The notes beneath the pieces are model-generated. The model searched no databases. It was not told the origin of the DNA and saw only the letters and a program-made list of their open reading frames with translations. From a bacterium (lineage in GTDB: Bacteria > Electryoneota > Electryoneia > Electryoneales > Electryoneaceae): a stretch of DNA of 64,000 nucleotides. A program made the position numbers and the translations under genes. Below, in pieces: positions 1-8,406 of this stretch (position 1 is its first letter; each line of letters begins with the position of its first letter). The stretch spans positions 2,496,001 to 2,560,000 of the forward strand of contig OY769902.1 of NCBI GenBank assembly GCA_963669175.1. Direction: 5' to 3'.

Positions 1-1
1 C

Positions 2-1321
2 CAGCTTCTCCAGCAGAAGATGCTCCAGCGCATTTCTTCCGGTGTACATGTTTCTGAGCAGGAAGCCAAGGAAAAGTATATTCGCAATAATACCCTTGCT
101 GAAGCGTCCTACATCCTGGTTGATTATCGTGATCTGGAAGTGGACAGCAATGCGGTTACGAATGCCATGATCCAGGCGGAATACCAGAAGCGTAAAGAGG
201 AATTCCTTCAGGTCGAACGTCGCAACGTGCAGTTTGTCCTGTTCGAGGACAAGCCCTCCACTGAAGATACCCTGTACGCGCGCCAGGATATTGAGCGCGT
301 TAAGGAACGGCTTGTCAACGGTGAATCCTTCGATGAACTGGCTGCTGATTTCAGCATGGATGCCGGTAATGCGGATAATGGCGGTGACCTTGGCTGGTTC
401 GGTGATGGCCGCATGGTGCAGGAATTCTGGGATGCGTCACGCACAGCCGAAATCGGCGAGATCGTTGGTCCGGTGCAGACTCGTTTTGGCTATCACCTGA
501 TCCGTGTCGATTCAACACGCGGCAAGGATGAATCTTACGAAGTTAAAGCACGTCATATCCTGATCAAGATCGAGCGCAGCCAGCAGACGCTTGGCGATTT
601 GCGTCGTGAAGCGGACGGTTTCCGTGACGAAGCTGAAGAATCCAATTTTGAAAAGGCCGCCCAGGTCTACGAAGTGAATGTAGACACACTGGAAGGTCTG
701 ACGCACGATGGCTTCATCCCTCAGTTCGGGCGCAACCAGGCAGCGACAGAATTCCTGTTTAACCGGCCCAAGGGTGATGTGTCCCCGGTGTACTACTTCC
801 GTCGTCAGGGCTTTGTTGTGATGCGTGTGATCGAAGTGGATCCTGAACATTACCGTCCGGTCGACGAAGTGCGTGAAACCCTGGTAAAAGACCTTGAGAA
901 GGAAAAGGCGCTGGAACTGGCTGGCGAAAAGGCGAAGGAAGTCTATGCCAAGGTGAAGTCTGCCGGATCCCTTGAAGCAGGCGCAGAAGCCAGTGGTGAG
1001 GAAGTCAAGAAGACAAAGCGCGCATTCAAGATTGACGATTTCGTTTCCGGTGTCGGACGTGATTATGCCTTCACAGCGACAGCTTTTTCGCTTGAACCCG
1101 ATGAGATTTCTGAACCGGTAGAAGGCAGCAAGGGCTGGTATATCATTCGATTGGATTCGAAGACGCCTGCGAACATCTCCCTGTGGGATCGCCAGAAGGA
1201 TTCCAAGATGGGCGAAATGTCTCGCGAATTGCAGCAACAGGTATTCCAGTCCTGGATTGATGCAGCTCGTGAACGAGCGAAGATAGAAGACTTCAGGTAT
1301 TTTTACTATACTGAGTTTTAG
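2..1321 (+). CDS. Parvulin-type peptidyl-prolyl cis-trans isomerase, SurA/PpiD-like (5'-truncated by window)
   Basis: Frame is open from base 2. Parvulin motifs GESFDELAADFS, GGDLGWF, GPVQTRFGYHLI, ARHILI, plus a second degenerate rotamase domain (EISEPVEGSKGWYIIRL). Confidence 0.85.
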   Translation, partial: QLLQQKMLQRISSGVHVSEQEAKEKYIRNNTLAEASYILVDYRDLEVDSNAVTNAMIQAEYQKRKEEFLQVERRNVQFVLFEDKPSTEDTLYARQDIERVKERLVNGESFDELAADFSMDAGNADNGGDLGWFGDGRMVQEFWDASRTAEIGEIVGPVQTRFGYHLIRVDSTRGKDESYEVKARHILIKIERSQQTLGDLRREADGFRDEAEESNFEKAAQVYEVNVDTLEGLTHDGFIPQFGRNQAATEFLFNRPKGDVSPVYYFRRQGFVVMRVIEVDPEHYRPVDEVRETLVKDLEKEKALELAGEKAKEVYAKVKSAGSLEAGAEASGEEVKKTKRAFKIDDFVSGVGRDYAFTATAFSLEPDEISEPVEGSKGWYIIRLDSKTPANISLWDRQKDSKMGEMSRELQQQVFQSWIDAARERAKIEDFRYFYYTEF

Positions 1322-1329
1322 GTGTTCCG

Positions 1330-1365
1330 GAACAACGACCTCATGATTTCATGAGGTCGTTGTTC
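1330..1365. terminator. Perfect 17-bp inverted repeat just after the PPIase stop; probable terminator/stabilising hairpin
   Basis: GAACAACGACCTCATGA-tt-TCATGAGGTCGTTGTTC; no strong U-tract follows. Confidence 0.55.
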
Positions 1366-1478
1366 ATGGTTCCTTCCACAAACCCGAGAGTGACCTGGTA
1401 TTGTGTCGCCAGGTGTAGTGAGAGTCAGCACTTCCGACGCGCTGCGAGACCTTTTGCCACGCAGAACAGAGGAGTAGC

Positions 1479-2378
1479 ATGCGTCCCATCGTTATTACCG
1501 GTGTCAGTGGTTTTTTAGGCGGACATGTCTGGCAAAGACTGGCTGTGCTGGAAAATGTCGTCGGGTTGGTGGGGTCACGTGGGAAAGTGCCTTTCTGTAC
1601 AAGCCAGCAGTATCACATCGATTTGACAGATCCCGACAGTATCGAAACCTGCTTCTCCGAACTAAAACCCCGATGCATCATTCATTTCGCAGCCATTGGC
1701 AGTGTCAGCATGTGTAGCCAGCAACCGCTCATGGCCTGGCGGATCAATCATGCAGCGACACGCCTGATCTCAAAACTGGCGCAGGATTTCGGGACAAGGC
1801 TGATATTTATATCAACTGACCAGGTTTTCGATGGAAGAAAGGGACTATACACTGAGCTGGATACGCCATCACCATTGCATACGTATGGTGAGAGCAAACG
1901 TGCGGCTGAACGGGTTGTCCTGAACCAGGTTGAAGACAGCGTTGTCGTGCGCATTAATAATAGTTTCGGGCCACCCGCTTTCTTTGGAACATCCTTCAGC
2001 GAATGGGTGCTGGGAAAGGAACGAGCGGGCGAGCCTATCACGCTGTTTTATGACCAGTATAGAAGTTTCCTGGATATGTCCACGCTGGCCGATGTGATGA
2101 TCGAATTGATCAATCATCAGTTCATGGGCACACTGCATCTTGGTGGCGCAAGTCGTTTGAACAGGGTCGAGTTCGGCCGACTTTTACTCCAGCATTGTGG
2201 CGTGGAACAGACCGGCATTCTGGAAATGTCACAAATGAAAATGGATCCGGAAGGGAAGTTGCCGCTGGACACATCATTTGATGTTTCCCTGGCGACTCAG
2301 ATCCTGGATACACACATTCCCACAATAGATGAAGGTTTGTATTTGGCGTACGGGCCGAGCAAAAAGAAGAAAGTTTGA
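1479..2378 (+). CDS. dTDP-4-dehydrorhamnose reductase (RmlD)-like SDR
   Basis: GVSGFLG Rossmann motif, ISTDQVFDG, YGESK (YxxxK), LFYDQYRS; RBS GAGGAG upstream. Confidence 0.85.
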   Translation: MRPIVITGVSGFLGGHVWQRLAVLENVVGLVGSRGKVPFCTSQQYHIDLTDPDSIETCFSELKPRCIIHFAAIGSVSMCSQQPLMAWRINHAATRLISKLAQDFGTRLIFISTDQVFDGRKGLYTELDTPSPLHTYGESKRAAERVVLNQVEDSVVVRINNSFGPPAFFGTSFSEWVLGKERAGEPITLFYDQYRSFLDMSTLADVMIELINHQFMGTLHLGGASRLNRVEFGRLLLQHCGVEQTGILEMSQMKMDPEGKLPLDTSFDVSLATQILDTHIPTIDEGLYLAYGPSKKKKV

Positions 2379-2450
2379 CGTCCATCACTACGAAGCAGGG
2401 TGAACGTATACACATTTGCGCAAAACCGGATTTTACTGTTTGGAGGGGAA

Positions 2451-2687
2451 GTGTTACGTGTGTTGACCAGCCGTCTGGCGCCACAATGCCCGTTATGTAA
2501 ATCACGGCGTATCCGTAGAAAGCCCAGGCGTGGCTTCATGCAGAAGCATATCTATCCCTTGTTTCTCGGGTATCCCTATCACTGCGGAAGTTGTCAGTCC
2601 AACTTCATTTTATTCATTGGTCGCGCATTGAAGAAGCCCAATGCTGAAAAGCATGCCCGCAAGAGAAGAACCAGCGAGATTTACTAG
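2451..2687 (+). CDS. Small Zn-ribbon protein (CPxC...CxxC), paralogue of 3318-3560
   Basis: GTG at 2451 follows GGAGG; QCPLCKSRRIRR...GYPYHCGSC aligns with the 3318 ORF. Confidence 0.7.
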   Translation: MLRVLTSRLAPQCPLCKSRRIRRKPRRGFMQKHIYPLFLGYPYHCGSCQSNFILFIGRALKKPNAEKHARKRRTSEIY

Positions 2688-2720
2688 TCGCTGTACAGCA
2701 AGTGTTTTTTCGGAGTTTCG

Positions 2721-3272
2721 ATGATGAACAGAATTGTCCTGGAGAAAACAACTGAACAGGGTTGCCGGGTACAATTGGTTCAGGGTGATCTTACTGAAGA
2801 AGCTGTTGATGCCATCGTAAATGCAGCCAATTCACAGTTGGCGCATGGTGGTGGGGTTGCTGGCGCAATTGTCCGAAAAGGTGGACAAGTTATCCAGGAG
2901 GAATCCTGGAGAGTAGCGCCGGTCCCAGTTGGTCACGCAGTTATAACATCCGCTGGTTCTCTCAAAGCGCGCTATGTGATTCATACTGTTGGGCCTCGTG
3001 GGGGCGAGCCGCAACGAGAAGACAAACTCTCTTCTGCCGTGCAATCCTCACTCGAGTTGGCTGATAGCAAAGGGTTGACCACAATTAGTTTGCCTGCGAT
3101 TTCTACAGGAATTTTCGGTTACCCGATGGATGAAGCAGCCGAGGTCATTTTGCGGACAATCAGTAACTTTTTAGCTTATGAGCAAAACCGGTCAATAGAA
3201 GCAGTTCGTATTTGTATATTTGATGAGAATGCAGTTGATGTTTTCAGCCGGATCTGGGATTCAGCCTTTTAG
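2721..3272 (+). CDS. MacroD-type macrodomain protein (ADP-ribose / O-acetyl-ADP-ribose hydrolase)
   Basis: GDLT, AIVNAAN, GGGVAGAI, VIHTVGP and PAISTGIFG motifs. Confidence 0.92.
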   Translation: MMNRIVLEKTTEQGCRVQLVQGDLTEEAVDAIVNAANSQLAHGGGVAGAIVRKGGQVIQEESWRVAPVPVGHAVITSAGSLKARYVIHTVGPRGGEPQREDKLSSAVQSSLELADSKGLTTISLPAISTGIFGYPMDEAAEVILRTISNFLAYEQNRSIEAVRICIFDENAVDVFSRIWDSAF

Positions 3273-3317
3273 CGGATTCAACCATTGTTTTAAAAGTAAA
3301 CTGACGATAGTTGTACC

Positions 3318-3560
3318 ATGGCAAAAAAACATTACAGCAGATCAGAGCGTCAGTGCCCCAAGTGTGGTTCCAAGACGATCAGACGTGATCATCGCAAAGG
3401 GTGGATGCAGAAATATGTTTTCCCGATTTTCGATGGTTATCCCTGGCACTGCAGGAAGTGTAAGGCCACATTCATCCTGTTCGTAGGGGAAGAGCTGCCG
3501 CCACCCCCGGCGCCACCCTTGATTCACATGCCTGATTTTCCAAAGGACAAGAAACAATAG
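3318..3560 (+). CDS. Small Zn-ribbon protein with Pro-rich tail, paralogue of 2451-2687
   Basis: QCPKCGSKTIRR...GYPWHCRKCKATFILF. Confidence 0.7.
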   Translation: MAKKHYSRSERQCPKCGSKTIRRDHRKGWMQKYVFPIFDGYPWHCRKCKATFILFVGEELPPPPAPPLIHMPDFPKDKKQ

Positions 3561-3584
3561 CTGCCCGGGAAGTCCCTGCGCACT

Positions 3585-4907
3585 TTATCCGCGTACGGTT
3601 CCACGCAGGGTGAATCCACGCAGCTCATTGATTCTTACTGGTACAATTTGTCCTGGTGAAACCGGTCCGGGAACTACGACAACATGTCCCGCTGGGGTGC
3701 GCCCCATGTATTCGGACGGGTCTTTGGCGCTGGGGGTCTCGATCAAGACTTCCAGTTCACGGCCTATTTGCGCTTCCCTTTTCTTTCGTCCGCTTTCCCG
3801 CACAATCTTGCCCAATTTGGTCAAGCGTTCTATTTTGACCTGGTTGGGGACGTCATCCTCCAGCTTTGATGCTGCCGTACCGGGACGTTCTGAATAGCGA
3901 TAGACAAACGCATCATCATAGTCCGCCCAGCGTACCAGCGCTTCCGTAGCCTGGTAATCCTCATCCGTCTCTCCGGGGAATCCTACGATGATATCCGTAC
4001 TGAGGTAGAGGTCCGGAATTTTGCGGGCGGCTTCGACGAGGCAACGATAATGCGCATTGGTATACCCACGCCCCATTCGTTTGAGAATACGGTCGCTTCC
4101 GGCTTGCATCGGAAGATGAAGCTCCGGACATACCGGAGAACCGGAACCGAGAACATCCAGCAGTTTGGACGACAGGTCTTTGGGGTGGGACGTGATAAAA
4201 CGCAGTCGTTTTACTCCGTCTACACGAGCGGCCTGTTCCAGCAGCCAGCCGAAATCCTGACCGTCATCATGCCAGGAATTAACATTCTGGCCCAACAGGG
4301 TGACCTGTGGAAATCCCTGCGCAACGGCGTCTTCGATTTCGCGCAGGATCGCTTCAGCTTTCCGGTATCGTTCACGTCCTCGAGCATACGGCACCACGCA
4401 ATACGTGCAGAAGTTGTTGCAGCCCCGAGTAATCACGACCCAGGCATTAACACCGTCACGCCTCGCCGGGGCCAGCTCCTCATACAATTCATCCGATGGG
4501 CCTTCGGTCAGAACGACCGGGCCTTTGCGGTCAGACAGCGTGTTTAACAGTCCGGGCATGCTGCGGTAGGTATCAGGACCAAGCACCCAGTCCAGGAAAG
4601 GCAGACGTTCCGCGACCATGTCGCCGGTGTGTGAGGCCATGCAGCCAATTACACCGATGCGTACATCCGGGTTGGCATCTTTGTACTTCTGGAACTGGGA
4701 TATGTTGGTGATAGCACGTTCCTGCGCGTGTTCACGTACGATACAGGTGTTCACCAGGATGATTCCCGCTTCATCGGGATTCTCAGTACGTTGATACCCG
4801 TTTTCCTCGAGCATGGTGAGTACCAGCTCGCTATCGGCGAGGTTCATCTGGCATCCGTAGGTCTTGATGAAGACCTTACCGCTGTCTTGCTGTTGTATGC
4901 TGTTCAT
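3585..4907 (-). CDS. miaB: tRNA-2-methylthio-N6-dimethylallyladenosine synthase
   Basis: TYGCQMN, NTC, GC UPF0004 cysteines; radical SAM CNNFCTYC; C-terminal TRAM domain. Confidence 0.95.
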   Translation of the reverse strand: MNSIQQQDSGKVFIKTYGCQMNLADSELVLTMLEENGYQRTENPDEAGIILVNTCIVREHAQERAITNISQFQKYKDANPDVRIGVIGCMASHTGDMVAERLPFLDWVLGPDTYRSMPGLLNTLSDRKGPVVLTEGPSDELYEELAPARRDGVNAWVVITRGCNNFCTYCVVPYARGRERYRKAEAILREIEDAVAQGFPQVTLLGQNVNSWHDDGQDFGWLLEQAARVDGVKRLRFITSHPKDLSSKLLDVLGSGSPVCPELHLPMQAGSDRILKRMGRGYTNAHYRCLVEAARKIPDLYLSTDIIVGFPGETDEDYQATEALVRWADYDDAFVYRYSERPGTAASKLEDDVPNQVKIERLTKLGKIVRESGRKKREAQIGRELEVLIETPSAKDPSEYMGRTPAGHVVVVPGPVSPGQIVPVRINELRGFTLRGTVRG

Positions 4908-4989
4908 GGGGGCAAGGTAAGAAAACAGGACAAGAGAATGAGACGGAGAGAGCTGAACAGGGGAGGCCGGGAGCGCTCCACTTTTTCAC

Positions 4990-5341
4990 TGAATTTACAG
5001 GATGCACAGGATATCAAGGATGGACTGAATATTTCTCATTGTATAACAATCTGGGAAAATGGGGACTGCCACACTTTTCGCTTACGAATTGCGAGGAACA
5101 TTAACAGTATATCATTTTTCTGCATAGTCATTGCCTGCTGGAATTTTTTGCGAAAAGGTGGCTGTCCCAACATTTTCCTGTCCGGGATCATTCTGTAGCT
5201 GCAGGCGAAAAATCTGGTACAGTTACCTTTTCATTAATAATGGTTTGACTGTCCTGTATCCGAAGACATGAAAAGGTAACAGTCCCAATTTTCACCTGCT
5301 TTTCTACGCCTTCTTCCTTGTCCTGTTCATCCTGTATATTC
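4990..5341. repeat. AGGAT-type long inverted repeat (arms 4990-5024 and 5311-5341) enclosing two REPIN-like palindromes (5055-5177, 5205-5293)
   Basis: GAATTTACAGGATGCACAGGAT pairs with TCCTGTTCATCCTGTATATTC; inner units have GGGACTG/CAGTCCC-type arms. Confidence 0.75.
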
Positions 5342-5367
5342 TGCTATCAGGTGTGTACACTCGAGAG

Positions 5368-5397
5368 TTGAAATCGACAGCGAGAAGTGAGTATACT
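5368..5397 (+). promoter_or_regulatory. Putative sigma70 promoter for the ABC-F leader
   Basis: TTGAAA (5368-5373), 18-nt spacer, TATACT (5392-5397). Confidence 0.55.
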
Positions 5398-5408
5398 ATC
5401 CATACCAC

Positions 5409-5511
5409 AAGGAGGAGAGCGATGATAAACTGACAGTCCATTCAGTAAAAGGTAAACAGGATAGCCGGATTTGATCCGGTTATGTGGTGTTGTTTCCCGG
5501 AGGACTGTCGT
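5409..5511 (+). promoter_or_regulatory. Leader with tripeptide uORF Met-Ile-Asn and SD-sequestering pairing (putative translational attenuator)
   Basis: AAGGAGGA (5409-5416) precedes ATG ATA AAC TGA (5422-5433). GACAGTCC (5432-5439) is the reverse complement of GGACTGTC (5502-5509), which overlaps the main SD GGAGG (5499-5503). Inner hairpin at 5461-5483. Confidence 0.7.
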
Positions 5512-7014
5512 ATGTCTGCTCAACTTATTCTTACCGATTTGCATTTTTCCTATACCAGCGCTGTGGATGTCCTGGCAGATGTGTCCGTATGTCTGTCAAC
5601 CGGATGGACCGGTGTGATTGGACCCAACGGTAGCGGCAAGAGTACGTTGTTACGTATCCTGGCTGACGAGTTATCCGTTGCCCCCGGCATGCTGCAGAGA
5701 GTCCCGTCCGATATGGTAATCCGTTACTGCCCGCAACGAGTCAGCGAACTTGATGATGAGATTCGCACATTCTCGGAAAGCTGGGATGGACTGGCGCTAC
5801 GGATGATGGCCCAACTGGAGCTGGAACCTGATGACCTGGAGCGATGGGATACGCTTTCGCCGGGGGAACGCAAACGCTGGCAAATCGCTGCGGCGTTGCA
5901 TGTCCAACCGGAACTTCTTCTTCTGGATGAGCCGACCAACCATCTCGATACAGAGGCACGTAAACTCCTGTACAACACGCTGTCCGGGTACCGAGGTGTC
6001 GGTTTGCTGGTGTCGCATGACCGTGAATTTCTGGACAACTTGACGTATTCGACTATTCGTGTGCAACCCGGCGGGAAAGTGCAGCACTATTCCGGCTGCT
6101 ACAGCGATGCTCGCGAACAATGGCTGGCGGATGAGGCACATATTCGAAGTACACGTGAGCAATTGCAGTCCGAACGTCGCAAGCTGCGTAGACGTCTGGA
6201 AACGGCAAGCCGTTCGCGCGAGAAAGCGGAATCCAGCGTGAGTACCGGAAAGCGCATGAAGGGTAAACATGACACCGATGCCCGAAGCGTGATGGCAAAG
6301 GGAAGGGTGAAAAACGCCGAACAGAAACTGGCGCGTGGCATGTCCGTCGTGCGAGGGAAACTTGAACGTACTGAACGTGAAGTTGAGCAGTATCGTGTTG
6401 AAAAACAGATCGGACGTTCCGTGTTCGTGCTGGAAGAATCTGCCCCGAAACAGGACTTATTGACTCTGAGGCAGGACTTTGTATCGGTGGGTGATACTAT
6501 CCTGCTGCATAATGTGGATGTCCAGATTCAGCGCGACAGCCGTATTCACCTTCGTGGACCCAACGGATGCGGCAAAACGACCCTGATCAAAGAGTTGATA
6601 CAGGCGTCACAACTGCCGGAAAACCGGATACTCTTTCTCCCGCAGGAGCTTTCTGAAGATCAGATTGATGAAATGCTTCATGATGTCGCCCATATACCCG
6701 GGCAGGAAAAGGGACGCCTGATGCAGATTGTTGCGGCGTTGGGTGTGCCGCCGGAACGGTTGATGCTGTCGGGACGTCCTTCGCCGGGAGAAGCAAGGAA
6801 ATTGCATCTGGCGGTAGGGTTATCACGTCAGGCGTGGTTGCTGATTCTGGATGAACCGACCAATCACCTGGATCTGCCCAGCATAGAACGACTGGAAGAA
6901 GCGCTGGTGGACTACGCCGGCGCTATCCTGCTGGTGAGTCATGACGAGCGGTTTGCCCGGGGCATCACGGATTCAAACTGGAGTATCTATGGCAGGGCGC
7001 TGCACTTGGGGTAA
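5512..7014 (+). CDS. ABC-F family ATPase (two ABC domains, no TM segments), possibly ribosome-protection type
   Basis: Walker A GPNGSGKS and GPNGCGKT, two LDEPTNHLD, two VSHD, long basic helical linker. ATG 5512 follows GGAGG. Confidence 0.9.
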   Translation: MSAQLILTDLHFSYTSAVDVLADVSVCLSTGWTGVIGPNGSGKSTLLRILADELSVAPGMLQRVPSDMVIRYCPQRVSELDDEIRTFSESWDGLALRMMAQLELEPDDLERWDTLSPGERKRWQIAAALHVQPELLLLDEPTNHLDTEARKLLYNTLSGYRGVGLLVSHDREFLDNLTYSTIRVQPGGKVQHYSGCYSDAREQWLADEAHIRSTREQLQSERRKLRRRLETASRSREKAESSVSTGKRMKGKHDTDARSVMAKGRVKNAEQKLARGMSVVRGKLERTEREVEQYRVEKQIGRSVFVLEESAPKQDLLTLRQDFVSVGDTILLHNVDVQIQRDSRIHLRGPNGCGKTTLIKELIQASQLPENRILFLPQELSEDQIDEMLHDVAHIPGQEKGRLMQIVAALGVPPERLMLSGRPSPGEARKLHLAVGLSRQAWLLILDEPTNHLDLPSIERLEEALVDYAGAILLVSHDERFARGITDSNWSIYGRALHLG

Positions 7015-7021
7015 GATCTCT

Positions 7022-7175
7022 GGTTGAATTTACAGGATGATAAGGATGAAAAGGATAGCAAGGATAACAGAATAATTTTTACGATTATACATTACGAAAA
7101 TGAAAGGATGTTATCCTTAGAATTTGTTTTATCCTGTTTAATCCTTCCTATCCTGTTCATCCTGTGAATTCAACC
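7022..7175. repeat. AGGAT-type long inverted repeat between convergent genes
   Basis: GGTTGAATTTACAGGATGA ... TCATCCTGTGAATTCAACC with repeated AGGAT/ATCCT units; same family as 4990-5341. Confidence 0.8.
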
Positions 7176-7186
7176 TGTTGCGAGCA

Positions 7187-8401
7187 TCACGTTCTGAACA
7201 GGACATTTTCCTTCTTGAAAGTCCGCACGGTCAGCATGATTCCCACTGCTGCCCAGACCGTAGACGACAGAAGTGTATTCAGGATCATGGTCATGTCCGG
7301 GTTGCTCTCGATGATGTTCTTCATCGCCAGTGAAACATTCAGCACCGGAATCCAGGCTTCCTGGGCAGACATCTCCTTGCCGGGCGCCATGGACATCATG
7401 GCTGGGATGAAGATCAGCATCATCAGGGGGGAGAGGTAGGATTGCGCCTCACGCATGGACTTGGCGTAAATCGAGATTGTCATGAGCAGGGAAGAGAGGA
7501 ATGCCGTCAATGGAATCATCAGCAACAGGATCAGCAGGATACTGGTCATATCCAGCGAGAACGTGATGCCTTCCGGGATTTCCGAGGAAATGAGCATATC
7601 CATGCCGTAAGCCAGGGATATGGTCAGCGAGAAAATTGCGATCACAACGGTAATCAGGGAAACTGTCATGATGGTAAAGAACTTCCCGAGAACAATTTCC
7701 AGCCGTGATGCCGGGCTTACCAGCAATGTTTCCAGCGTGGACCGTTCCTTTTCACCCGCAGTAAGGTCCATGGCTGCATACATACCGCCGGTCAGAGTCA
7801 GCAGGATAATCATGTAGGGCATGAGTATTCCAAGCAGCCTGCCGGACATTTCTTTATCCGAAGCGGTGTTAATAATGGACCACTGGAAGGGCTCGAGTAT
7901 GGTTTGCGGCGCGCCGATGGCGTCCAGCTTCTGCTTGGACATCTCCTGCCGGATCAGCTCCAGAGCGTCTTCAACCCGTTCCCTGGCGATTAATGCCTGG
8001 TCATCACTTTTGTTTACGTAAAGTTTCAGACGGTCGCTGGTCGATTCAAGTATACCGACCGGACGTTCCGGCAGAATCAGCAATACCTGCAACGCGCCAT
8101 CTGCCAGCAGCATATGCGCGGCATCTTCCTGGGCCGGGTTAAAATCCTGGACCGTGGTATTGGGCGCAAGCATTTGCAGCTTCTGAACCAAAGCGGGTGA
8201 ATAGTTACCGTTGATGACACCGACTGTGTAGGTCCGCGATTCCAGGTCTTCCATGCTCTTGGTCATCACCAGACCCATGACCAGGTACACCAGTGGAATG
8301 GTAACCAGTGGCGCTACGATCATGGACAGCAGGGTGCGACGGTCACGCAGAATATCCAGAATCTCTTTTTTGTAGATTAAGACAAGGTTGGCAAACTTCA
8401 T
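7187..8401 (-). CDS. NatB-like ABC-2 transporter permease
   Basis: KKEILDILRDRRT N-terminus, GEKERSTLETLLVSP, one TM + large loop + further TMs. Confidence 0.85.
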   Translation of the reverse strand: MKFANLVLIYKKEILDILRDRRTLLSMIVAPLVTIPLVYLVMGLVMTKSMEDLESRTYTVGVINGNYSPALVQKLQMLAPNTTVQDFNPAQEDAAHMLLADGALQVLLILPERPVGILESTSDRLKLYVNKSDDQALIARERVEDALELIRQEMSKQKLDAIGAPQTILEPFQWSIINTASDKEMSGRLLGILMPYMIILLTLTGGMYAAMDLTAGEKERSTLETLLVSPASRLEIVLGKFFTIMTVSLITVVIAIFSLTISLAYGMDMLISSEIPEGITFSLDMTSILLILLLMIPLTAFLSSLLMTISIYAKSMREAQSYLSPLMMLIFIPAMMSMAPGKEMSAQEAWIPVLNVSLAMKNIIESNPDMTMILNTLLSSTVWAAVGIMLTVRTFKKENVLFRT

Positions 8402-8406
8402 CAGGT

